DNA of 24,000 nt from contig JASEEU010000002.1 in the NCBI GenBank assembly GCA_030019445.1, forward strand, positions 38,995 through 62,994, in the 5' to 3' direction. This DNA comes from Anaerosomatales bacterium. Lineage in GTDB: Bacteria; Actinomycetota; Coriobacteriia; Anaerosomatales; Anaerosomataceae. Of the stretch, positions 1-7,975 are shown one piece after another. The translations under genes were made by a program, and so were the position numbers. The notes under the pieces are model-generated. The model was not told where the DNA came from. It ran no database searches and saw only the letters and a list, made by a program, of their open reading frames with translations. Position 1 is the stretch's first letter. Every line of letters starts with the position of its first letter.

Positions 1-2
1 TC

Positions 3-635
3 GCCGCGGCGGGCCTCGTGCGTCCCTCGGCCGGCGAAGTGCTCGTGGGCGGCCGGGCAGTCGACGCTCCCCGGCTGAAGACCGCGCTCATCCTCCAGGA
101 TTTCGGCCTGCTACCGTGGAAGACCGTCTTCCACAACGCCGCGCTCGGACTTGAGATCCGCGGTGTCGCCGGAGCCGAACGTGCGCGGCTCGTGGCGGAG
201 GCGCTCGAGCGTCTCGGGCTGGCCGAGTTCGCCTCGGCCTATCCCGCCGAGCTCTCCGGCGGCATGCGCCAGCGTCTCGCGCTCGCCCGCGCGCTGGCGC
301 TCGACGCCGACACGCTGCTGATGGACGAGCCGCTCTCCGCGCTCGATGCGCTGACGCGCGAGGATCTCCAGGGCTTGCTGCTCGACATCTGGCGACAGCG
401 GCGCCATACAGCGATGCTCGTCACGCACTCGATAGAGGAGGCGGTCTTCCTCGGCAGGCGCGTCGTCGTCCTCTCGCCGCGGCCGGGTCGCGTCGCGGCC
501 GTGGTCGACAACCCGGAGATGGGTGCCGAGGGCTACCGGGAGACGTCCGCCTTCTACGAGCGGTGCGCCGAGCTCAGAGCGCTGCTCGCCGCTGAGGGCG
601 CGCTCCACGGCGCCGCCGCGGGCGGTGAGGCGTGA
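3..635 (+). CDS. ABC transporter ATP-binding protein, SsuB/TauB/NrtD-like (5' truncated by window edge)
   Basis: Reading frame is open to the window edge (AAAGLVRPSAGEVLVGG). Signature LSGGMRQRLALARAL, Walker B DTLLMDEPLSALD and switch His in VTHSIEEAVFL. Stop overlaps the downstream permease start (ATGA). Confidence 0.93.
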   Translation, partial: AAAGLVRPSAGEVLVGGRAVDAPRLKTALILQDFGLLPWKTVFHNAALGLEIRGVAGAERARLVAEALERLGLAEFASAYPAELSGGMRQRLALARALALDADTLLMDEPLSALDALTREDLQGLLLDIWRQRRHTAMLVTHSIEEAVFLGRRVVVLSPRPGRVAAVVDNPEMGAEGYRETSAFYERCAELRALLAAEGALHGAAAGGEA

Positions 636-1387
636 TGGGCTGGCTGCGGAGGGCGATCGGATATCTGGGCGCCGCCGCTGCGCTCGTCGCGGGATGGTGG
701 CTCCTTGCGCTCATCGTCGACTCGCCGGCGCTGCCGGGACCCGGCCTGGCGCTTGGCGACTTCGCGACGCTGTTCTTCTCGGACCTGCTCCCCGAGCTCG
801 GCGTGAGCGCGTGGCGCGTCGTGGCGTCGATGGCGATCAGCGTCGCGCTGGCCGCCCCGCTCGGCCTGCTCGTCGGGCGCAGCCCCCGGCTCGACGCGGT
901 CGTGGCCCCGATGATCTTCCTGACCTACCCCGTGCCCAAGATCGTCTTCCTGCCGGTGCTGCTCGTGCTGCTGGGCATCGGCGGGGCGCCCAAGATCGCG
1001 CTCATCGCGCTCATCGTCTTCTTCCAGATACTCGTCACCGCGCGCGACGCCGCCCGCCAGATCCCCGCGGCGTCGGTGCTGTCGGTGCGCTCGCTCGGAG
1101 CGACGCGATCCCAGGTGTTCCGCCATGTCGTCGTCCCGGCGGCGCTGCCCGACATCTTCACGGCGCTCAGGATCAGCACGGGGACGGCCATCGCCGTGCT
1201 GTTCTTCTCGGAATCGATCGCCGGCACGAGCGGCGTCGGCTACTACATCATCGATGCCTGGAGTCGGATCGCGTACAGCGAGATGTTCGCCGGGATCATC
1301 ACCATGGCGCTGCTCGGCGTCGTGCTCTACGAGCTGCTCGAGATGGCCGAGGCGCGCGTGTGCGCGTGGACGCGCGCGGGCCGGTAG
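632..1387 (+). CDS. ABC transporter permease, SsuC/TauC-like binding-protein-dependent transport inner membrane component
   Basis: Multiple hydrophobic segments and an EAA-like loop (SVLSVRSLGATRSQVFRHVVVPAALPDIFTALRIS). 4-bp overlap with the ATPase gene. Confidence 0.93.
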   Translation: MMGWLRRAIGYLGAAAALVAGWWLLALIVDSPALPGPGLALGDFATLFFSDLLPELGVSAWRVVASMAISVALAAPLGLLVGRSPRLDAVVAPMIFLTYPVPKIVFLPVLLVLLGIGGAPKIALIALIVFFQILVTARDAARQIPAASVLSVRSLGATRSQVFRHVVVPAALPDIFTALRISTGTAIAVLFFSESIAGTSGVGYYIIDAWSRIAYSEMFAGIITMALLGVVLYELLEMAEARVCAWTRAGR

Positions 1388-1420
1388 GGCCCGTGGTCCG
1401 CGGCGGCGCGTGGCCGGCGC

Positions 1421-1792
1421 TCAGGACTCGCCGAGCACCGCCTCGACGACGCTCCTGAGGCCCTTGGGGTCGAACGGCTTGGTGATGTACTCCGAGGCGC
1501 CGAGCTCGGCCCCCCGGAGCTTGTCGGCGACCTGCGCGGCCGTGGTGAGCATGACGACCTTCACGTCCTTGGTCTCCGCCCGCTTGCGCAGGAACTCGAG
1601 CACCTCGAACCCGTCGAGCTTGGGCATCTCGACGTCGAGCAGGACGAGGTCCGGAGGCGCCTCGATGGCCATCTCCACGGCTTCTTCGCCGTCGACTGCC
1701 TGGACGATATCGTGACCGAGCGAGCGCAGCGCGGCGTTCACGAGCATCCGGATCTGCATGTTGTCATCGGCGACCAGGATCCTCTTCGCCAT
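1421..1792 (-). CDS. Single-domain response regulator (CheY-like receiver)
   Basis: ILVADDN acidic pocket, LVLLDVEMPKLDGFEVL phospho-acceptor, KPF lysine, no output domain. ATG at 1792 preferred over GTG at 1795 on ribosome-binding-site spacing. Confidence 0.93.
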   Translation of the reverse strand: MAKRILVADDNMQIRMLVNAALRSLGHDIVQAVDGEEAVEMAIEAPPDLVLLDVEMPKLDGFEVLEFLRKRAETKDVKVVMLTTAAQVADKLRGAELGASEYITKPFDPKGLRSVVEAVLGES

Positions 1793-1818
1793 CACGGGGC
1801 CCCTTTCCGTGGTGGTGG

Positions 1819-2274
1819 CTACTCTTTGTCGCGGTGCATGATGTTGACGATCGTGTGCAGCTTGGCTTCGCGCCGCTGCCGTTCCCGCTCCACCTCGTCG
1901 CGGCGGGAGGGGTCGAGCATGGCCTCGATATGCTCGGCCACCTCCGACGGCTTGAACGGCTTGGGGATGTAGTCGACGTTCTCATCGGCCATCTGCTCGA
2001 CCTGCTCCTCGAACGTGCCCGCTGCCGAGAGGAACAGGATCGGCGTCTTCCGGGTGGCCTCGCGCTCGCGCAGGCGCTTGCGCACCTCGTGCCCGTCCAT
2101 CTTGGGCATCATCACGTCGAGTACGATGAGCTCGGGTTTCTCCGTCTCGGCCAGGCCGAGCGCTTCCATGCCGTTGTCGGCGGTGACGACGTTGAAGCCT
2201 CTGTTCCCGAGCGCCACGGTCAGCAGGCGCTGGATGTTCGGCTCGTCGTCGACGACCAGGATCGTGCGCTTCAT
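1819..2274 (-). CDS. Single-domain response regulator with basic C-terminal tail
   Basis: ILVVDDEPNI, LIVLDVMMPKMDG, ILFLSA, YIPKPFKPSE. Purine-rich RBS (gaaagggaggg) just upstream of ATG. Confidence 0.93.
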   Translation of the reverse strand: MKRTILVVDDEPNIQRLLTVALGNRGFNVVTADNGMEALGLAETEKPELIVLDVMMPKMDGHEVRKRLREREATRKTPILFLSAAGTFEEQVEQMADENVDYIPKPFKPSEVAEHIEAMLDPSRRDEVERERQRREAKLHTIVNIMHRDKE

Positions 2275-2312
2275 GTGTCCCTCCCTTTCACTTCATCGGG
2301 CGAACGGGCCCG

Positions 2313-4487
2313 TCATACCTGTCGTTCCGGCGCGTGCGCGACCGCCTCGGCGATCCGCTGCACGAGCTCTCCCTCGTCGATGGGCTTGGCGATCTGGTCG
2401 GCCGCCAGCCTCAGGATGTCGGCCTTCGTCTGGTCCAGGCGATACGCGGTCATGATGACCACAGGGATGTCATGCGTGGCCTCGTCGGACTTGAGCTCCG
2501 CGAGGACCTCGTAGCCGTCCATCACGGGCATCCGTAGGTCGAGGAGCACGAGGTCGGGCGAGCGATGACGGACCGCGACCATCGCTTCCCGGCCGTCGTA
2601 GGCGGCGACGACGGCGAAGCCCTTGGACTTCAGGGTGTTGCAGATGAGGTCGTTGATGCGGCGGTCGTCATCGACGACCATCACGAGGGGCGAGGCCACC
2701 TCGCCAACGATGTCCTCGATGATCTCGACCAGACGGTCGCGGTCGATCGGCTTCTCGAGGTAGCCGGTGGCCCCCATACGCTGGCTCTTGCCCTCGTCGC
2801 AGATGATAGAGAGCACGACTACCGGTATCTTCGCGGTCATCGGCGTGTCTTTGAGCTTGCGGAGCAGGTCGAAGCCGTCACCGGAGTCCATGAGCACATC
2901 GAGCGTGATGGCCGAGGGCTTCTCGGCCACCGCGAGCTCGAAGGCGGTCTGCGAATCGTGCGCGACCAAGACGTCATAGCCCTGCTTTGCGAGGTAGGTC
3001 TGGATGAGGTCGCACGCCTCGGTGTTGGTGTCCACCACGAGCACCGTCCCGCCGACCTGCGAGGGGCCGTCGACCGTGGGCGTGCGCACGAGGTCGGGGG
3101 AGGCCTGGGGGAGCGTGAACCAGAACGTGCTGCCCGCGCCGGCCTCGCTCGTGACGCCGACCTCCCCGCCGAGAAGCTCGATGATCGACTTCACGATCGA
3201 GAGGCCCAGACCGGTGCCGCCGATCTCACGGGTGAGCTTGCTGTCCACGCGGTAGAACTTGGTGAACAGGCGCGCCATGTCCTCCTCGGCGATGCCGATC
3301 CCCTCATCCGTCACGCTCATGCGGACGAACCCGTCCTCCTCGGCGGCGCGCACCCAGATGCTGCCACCCTCGGGCGAGTACTTGATGGCGTTGCTGATGA
3401 AGTTGATGAGCACCTGGCCGACGCGGTCCGGGTCGCCCGCCACGCGGGGAAGGCCGTCGGGCACCTCGACGGTGATGGCGCGGTCCTGCTGCTCGAGCAC
3501 GGCCCGGAACGTGTCGACCGCGCCCCTGATGCGCTCGGCGACGTCGAGCGGCTGCACCTTGAGGTGGATACGCCCCGACTCGATCCGGGAGATGTCGAGA
3601 AGGTCGTTGATGAGATCGACGAGGCGGTCGGAGTTCTCCTTCACGATGCCGAGGAACTCGGTCTGTATCTCGTTCACCTCGCCGGCCTCACCGTCGAGGA
3701 TGAGGTCCACGTAGCCCTTGATCGACGTGAGCGGCGTCCGCAGCTCGTGCGATACCGTGGAGACGAACTCGTTCTTCATCTGGCCGATCTCGCGTTCGGC
3801 GGTCACGTCGTGCAGGGTCGCGACGAAGCCGAGGTAGTGCCCATGATCGTCGATGACCGGGTCCGTCCGCACGTCGATGATCCGGTGCGTCGGCTCCTCG
3901 ACCGTCACCTCGCGGACCTGTGATCCCTGGCTGCCGGGGTCGAAGCGGTCCTCGGGCTCAAGGCCGAAGAGGCTCCAGAGGTCCGGAGCGGTGTCCACGA
4001 GCTCCTTCGGATCGCGGGCGAGCAGCAGCCCCGCCGCGGGGTTCACGAACGTGATGCGCCCGTCTGCCGAGTACACGATGAGCCCGTCACCGGTGCTGGC
4101 GAGGATCGCCTCCGACCGCTTCCGGACGCGGGTGAGCTCCGTCTCATCATGCACGGCAACGACCAGACCGCATCCCTCCTCATCCTCGTAGGTGGCGATC
4201 GAGCAGCGCAGGTCGCGGCCGTCCACCCCCAGCGCCACAGAGCATCCCTCGGGACAGGAGCCGGAGGACAGGATCTCATCAAGCGCCTGGACGAGCGCGG
4301 GGCTGCGGAGCGCCGCGACGGGGTTGCCGACGACATCGGACCGGCTGAGGCCGAGCATCTCCTGCGCGGCCTCGTTCATGAGGCGGATCGTCCCGTCGCA
4401 CCGGATGGCGATGAGGCCCTCGACGGTGTGGGCCATGAGCGCGCGCACGTGGGTGAAGGAGCGACGGTCCTCGCGAGCCTCGGTCAT
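2313..4487 (-). CDS. Hybrid sensor histidine kinase: PAS-PAS-HisKA-HATPase_c-REC-REC
   Basis: H box FVSTVSHELRTPLTSIKGYVDLIL, N box QVLINFISNAIKYSPEGG, GTGLGLSIVKSI, then two receiver domains. The track ORF starts at 4541, but ATG at 4487 is preceded by AAAAGGAGG at 8-nt spacing. Confidence 0.93.
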   Translation of the reverse strand: MTEAREDRRSFTHVRALMAHTVEGLIAIRCDGTIRLMNEAAQEMLGLSRSDVVGNPVAALRSPALVQALDEILSSGSCPEGCSVALGVDGRDLRCSIATYEDEEGCGLVVAVHDETELTRVRKRSEAILASTGDGLIVYSADGRITFVNPAAGLLLARDPKELVDTAPDLWSLFGLEPEDRFDPGSQGSQVREVTVEEPTHRIIDVRTDPVIDDHGHYLGFVATLHDVTAEREIGQMKNEFVSTVSHELRTPLTSIKGYVDLILDGEAGEVNEIQTEFLGIVKENSDRLVDLINDLLDISRIESGRIHLKVQPLDVAERIRGAVDTFRAVLEQQDRAITVEVPDGLPRVAGDPDRVGQVLINFISNAIKYSPEGGSIWVRAAEEDGFVRMSVTDEGIGIAEEDMARLFTKFYRVDSKLTREIGGTGLGLSIVKSIIELLGGEVGVTSEAGAGSTFWFTLPQASPDLVRTPTVDGPSQVGGTVLVVDTNTEACDLIQTYLAKQGYDVLVAHDSQTAFELAVAEKPSAITLDVLMDSGDGFDLLRKLKDTPMTAKIPVVVLSIICDEGKSQRMGATGYLEKPIDRDRLVEIIEDIVGEVASPLVMVVDDDRRINDLICNTLKSKGFAVVAAYDGREAMVAVRHRSPDLVLLDLRMPVMDGYEVLAELKSDEATHDIPVVIMTAYRLDQTKADILRLAADQIAKPIDEGELVQRIAEAVAHAPERQV

Positions 4488-4577
4488 GCGGCCAGCCTCC
4501 TTTTGGGCGCACCTGTCCAAGGGCTGTATTCGGCCCCGCATGAGGGATTCCCTGCCAACGGGCTGGCGAGATGCGAA

Positions 4578-4601
4578 GGCCGCGGGACGATGCCCGCGGC
4601 C
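4578..4601 (-). terminator. Candidate hairpin terminator downstream of tRNA-Arg
   Basis: Perfect 9-bp inverted repeat ggccgcggg-acgatg-cccgcggcc. U-tract is weak. Confidence 0.45.
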
Positions 4602-4614
4602 GCTGGAGTGCGTA

Positions 4615-4690
4615 TGGTGCCCCCGGCAGGAATCGAACCTGCGACACCCGGTTTAGGAAACCGGTGCTCTATCCCCTGAGCTACGAGGGC
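4615..4690 (-). tRNA. tRNA-Arg (anticodon CCT)
   Basis: Minus strand reads GCCCTCG TA GCTC..GAGC, anticodon arm CCGGT-TTCCTAA-ACCGG, T arm GCAGG-TTCGATT-CCTGC, acceptor CGGGGGC, ACCA encoded. 76 nt. Confidence 0.96.
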
Positions 4691-4699
4691 GCGCCCGCC

Positions 4700-4705
4700 A
4701 TTGTA
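4700..4705 (-). promoter_or_regulatory. Likely -10 element (TACAAT) for tRNA-Arg
   Basis: TACAAT on minus strand, 9 nt upstream of the mature tRNA 5' end. No strong -35. Confidence 0.45.
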
Positions 4706-4788
4706 CCTGCGCGACGCAGCCGAAGGAAGCGCGGCGGCCCCGACGCTCTCTGCGGGTGGGTATCTTCTCCATACAGGAGACGTGAGCC

Positions 4789-5427
4789 GTGTACCGGGAC
4801 AGAGCACAAGCGGGCCAGGAGCTTGCCGAGGCGCTGCGTGAGCGCTTCGCCGACAGCGGCGCTGTCGTGCTCGGCCTGCCGAGGGGCGGGGTCGTCGTGG
4901 CGGCCGAGGTCGCCCGCGGGCTCCGCCTCCCGCTCGACATCATCGTGACGAGCAAGCTCGGCGCACCGGGCAATCCCGAGTTCGCGGTGGGCGCGGTGGA
5001 TGCCGAGGGGACGGTCATGCTGAACCCGAGCGTGAGCGTGCCGGAGTCCTACGTCGACGAGGAGGCCGGGCGCAAGGCGGCCGAAGTGCGTCGGCGGATC
5101 ACGGCGTATCGGGGCGATCGTCCCGCGCCGGACCTCGCGGGCCGCACCGTGCTCGTGGTCGATGACGGCCTCGCGACGGGCTCCACGATGCGGGCTGCGA
5201 TCGCCAGCGTGCGGGCTCGGGGAGGGCATCCCGTCGTCGCCGTGCCTGTCACGCCGCCCGACACCGCGACGCGTCTGCGGGCCGATGGCGTCGAGGTCAT
5301 AGCGCTGCGAGAACCCTGGGACTTCTACGCGGTCGGCCAGTTCTATCACGACTTCGGCCAGACGACCGATGCCGAGGTCATGGAGCTGCTGGCCGAGGCG
5401 TGGTCGCGCGAGACGGAAGGCGAGTGA
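4789..5427 (+). CDS. Phosphoribosyltransferase family protein
   Basis: PRPP-binding motif TVLVVDDGLATGSTMRAA and N-terminal LGLPRGGVVVAAEVARGL..IIVTSKLGAPGNPEFAVGAV. GTG start with AGGAG upstream. Confidence 0.88.
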   Translation: MYRDRAQAGQELAEALRERFADSGAVVLGLPRGGVVVAAEVARGLRLPLDIIVTSKLGAPGNPEFAVGAVDAEGTVMLNPSVSVPESYVDEEAGRKAAEVRRRITAYRGDRPAPDLAGRTVLVVDDGLATGSTMRAAIASVRARGGHPVVAVPVTPPDTATRLRADGVEVIALREPWDFYAVGQFYHDFGQTTDAEVMELLAEAWSRETEGE

Positions 5428-5433
5428 ACGCGG

Positions 5434-5459
5434 ACCGGCCCGCCGATCGGCGGGCCGGT
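5434..5459. terminator. Bidirectional hairpin terminator between convergent genes
   Basis: Perfect 11-bp stem accggcccgcc-gatc-ggcgggccggt located between convergent stops at 5427 and 5487. Confidence 0.65.
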
Positions 5460-5486
5460 TGGCGAATCGGTACCATGCCGAGAGGG

Positions 5487-7322
5487 CTACGGTCCTCCGG
5501 TCTTGCCGACGGTGAGCGTGACCGTGTCGCCCTTGTTCGCTGATGCATTGGGAATCGGGTCCTGCTCGAGGACCACACCGTCGTCGGGGTCGTCCACGTA
5601 CACGACTTCCACTCTCAGACCAAGGCTTGTGAGCGTCGCCCGGGCATCTTCCTCCAGCATCGTCGTGACGTCCGGGACGATGACGATCTCCGGCCCCTTG
5701 GACACCGTGATGGTGACCTGTGAACCGGCCGGGACGAAGACGTTGGGATCGGGGCTCTGGCTGATCACCTGACCCTTGGGGACGGTCTCGCTGAACTTCT
5801 CGACCGTCTTGACCTTGAAGCCCTCCGCCTCGAGGTCGGCGGTCGCGTCGGCCTGGGTCTTGCCGGTCACATCCGGGACCTGGACCTTCTCGGTACCCTT
5901 GGAGACGTAGAGAACGACCGGGCTGTCGATGGCTACCTGGGCGCCCGGCTCGGGATCGCTGCGGATGACCTGACCCTCGGGGACCTCGGTGTTGAACTCG
6001 TCCTCGGTATGGTCGTAGGTCAGGCCCGCCTCGCGGATTGCGGTGATGGCGTCGGCCTCCTGCATGCCGACCACGTCAGGCACGGTGGTCGTCTCGATCC
6101 CGGCGCTCACGACGATGTCGACCGGCGTCAGCTCCTCGACTCTGCTGCCTGCGCCCGGATCCTGGCGGATGATCTTCCCGAGCTCGACGCTCTCGCTGTA
6201 GGCGGTCGAGACCTCGCCGAGAACGAGGTTGGCCGCCGAGAGGGTCGATGACGCCTCTGACTCGGTCATCCCCACCACGCTCGGGACCACGACGTCTCCG
6301 CCCGAGAACGCGCCGAGCGCGAAAGCGAGGCCCACGCCCAGCAACGCGATGGCCGCTACGACGGCGACCCACACCCAGGGGCTGACGCGACGCTCGGGCA
6401 CCGGGTGAACGGCCGAGGCGGTGCGCACGCGTTCGGATCGCTCCACGGCGGGCATCACGGTCGTCTCGTCGATCGCCGCTCCGTACGCCGGAGCCGCGCC
6501 CACGGCTTCGCCGCTGATGACGCGCTTGAGGTCTTCACGCATCTCCTTGGCGGACGCGTAGCGGTCCGACGGGTTCTTCCGCATCGCCTTGAGGATCACG
6601 GTCTCGAGCGACGCCGGGATGGAAGGTCGGATCTCGCGAGGAGGCACAGGCTCTTCGTTGACCTGCTTGAGCGCGACCGCGACCGGCGTGTCGGCGTCGA
6701 ACGGGAGGCGGCCGGTCACGAGCTCGTACAGCGTCACGCCGAGCGAGTAGAGATCGGACGCGGGGCCGAGCGTCTTGCCCTGTGCCTGCTCGGGTGAGAT
6801 GTACTGCGCCGTGCCGAGCACCGACCCGGTCTGCGTCATGGTCGTGTTGCCCGCGCGGGCGATGCCGAAGTCCATGACCTTCACGGTGCTATCGGCGGTG
6901 ATGACGATGTTGTGCGGCTTGATGTCTCGGTGGATGACGTCGTAGCCGTGCGCTTCGGCGAGCGCCGAGCAGACCTGGCCGGCGATCTTCGCGGCCTGGA
7001 TGGGGTCGACGGGACCGCGCTGCTCGATCAGCTCCTTGAGATCGGTGCCTTTGACGTACTCCATCACGAGGTAGTAGGTGTCGTCCTCGCGTCCCCAGTC
7101 GTAGATGTTGACGATGTTGGGATGCGAGAGGTTCGCCGCCGCCTGCGCTTCCTGGCGGAAGCGCGCGACGAAGTTCGGCTCGGCGGCGTAGTGGGCGTGC
7201 AGCACCTTGACGGCGACGGTGCGGCCCAGCACCTCGTCCACGGCCTTGTAGACGTCGGCCATCCCGCCGGAGCCGATCTTCTCGGTCACCTTGTATCTGC
7301 GTCCGAAGACCATGTCCTCCAC
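5487..7322 (-). CDS. pknB: PknB-type Ser/Thr protein kinase with one TM segment and four C-terminal PASTA domains
   Basis: HRDIKPHNIV, DFG, GTAQYISPEQ, then TM VWVAVVAAIALLGVGLAFALGA, then four repeats beginning VPSVVGM, VPDVVGM, VPDVTGK, VPDVTTM. Confidence 0.96.
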   Translation of the reverse strand: MEDMVFGRRYKVTEKIGSGGMADVYKAVDEVLGRTVAVKVLHAHYAAEPNFVARFRQEAQAAANLSHPNIVNIYDWGREDDTYYLVMEYVKGTDLKELIEQRGPVDPIQAAKIAGQVCSALAEAHGYDVIHRDIKPHNIVITADSTVKVMDFGIARAGNTTMTQTGSVLGTAQYISPEQAQGKTLGPASDLYSLGVTLYELVTGRLPFDADTPVAVALKQVNEEPVPPREIRPSIPASLETVILKAMRKNPSDRYASAKEMREDLKRVISGEAVGAAPAYGAAIDETTVMPAVERSERVRTASAVHPVPERRVSPWVWVAVVAAIALLGVGLAFALGAFSGGDVVVPSVVGMTESEASSTLSAANLVLGEVSTAYSESVELGKIIRQDPGAGSRVEELTPVDIVVSAGIETTTVPDVVGMQEADAITAIREAGLTYDHTEDEFNTEVPEGQVIRSDPEPGAQVAIDSPVVLYVSKGTEKVQVPDVTGKTQADATADLEAEGFKVKTVEKFSETVPKGQVISQSPDPNVFVPAGSQVTITVSKGPEIVIVPDVTTMLEEDARATLTSLGLRVEVVYVDDPDDGVVLEQDPIPNASANKGDTVTLTVGKTGGP

Positions 7323-7372
7323 GGTAAGCTCCTGCTCGACTCGCAGCCGTTACGACCTGCTCGGAATCCTCG

Positions 7373-7975
7373 TCATTCTACCCCAAACGGCTCGTGCTCA
7401 CGAACCGCGCGCACCGCCGCGAGCGCCGCCGCGGCGGTGGCCGAGGCGAAGGCACAGGCACTGACGAGGTAGAGCGCGAGCATCAGGTAGAGGGCCTCCA
7501 TGTCCGCCATGCTGCCCGCGGTGAACTCTCCTGACGCCGCCAGGGCCAGCACGCCGCCGAGGGCGGCGGTGAGATAGATGAGGAAGACCCAGCGTGCGGC
7601 GTTGCGATGCCACTCGCGCGCGAAGAGCACGGAGGCCACGACGCCGGCCAGAGCGAGCGGCAGTGGCGCCATGAACAGCACGGCGAATACGCCCATGGCC
7701 GAATCGGCGCCTGAGAGGAGGATCACGACGGCGGTCCCGAGCAGGAGACCGATCGTGCCGGCGACGACGCGCGACGCGGTCGGCAGCTTGAAGCCGAACA
7801 CCACCGCCGAGATCGACGCGACGATCGCGGGCGCGGAAGCGGCGATGAGGCCGAACGGGGGCTCGGCGAAACCGGCGACGGGCGCGAACCAGCCGGCTGT
7901 CACGACACCCCAGGCGACCCCGGCGCTCAGCGCGCCCGCCCAGATGAGCATCCCTCGAACGTATCGCCGCATCAT
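7373..7975 (-). CDS. Small polytopic membrane protein of unknown function
   Basis: 200 aa with about five hydrophobic segments starting MMRRYVRGMLIWAGAL. ATG at 7975 overlaps the upstream stop by 4 bp (ATGA). The track's longer ORF start (8107) lies within the upstream gene. Confidence 0.75.
   Translation of the reverse strand: MMRRYVRGMLIWAGALSAGVAWGVVTAGWFAPVAGFAEPPFGLIAASAPAIVASISAVVFGFKLPTASRVVAGTIGLLLGTAVVILLSGADSAMGVFAVLFMAPLPLALAGVVASVLFAREWHRNAARWVFLIYLTAALGGVLALAASGEFTAGSMADMEALYLMLALYLVSACAFASATAAAALAAVRAVREHEPFGVE

Noticed and set aside
2565-3923. 452-aa plus-strand ORF opposite the histidine kinase
   Set aside because: His/Asp/Arg-rich shadow with no motifs; the minus strand has unambiguous HK motifs.
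4615-4690. tRNA-Arg considered as a genomic-island integration site
   Set aside because: No integrase gene, no partial tRNA repeat and no phage-like genes were seen nearby in this window.
5434-5459. Long GC-rich palindrome considered as a mobile-element end or regulator site
   Set aside because: Its position exactly between convergent stops and single occurrence in the window fit a bidirectional terminator.
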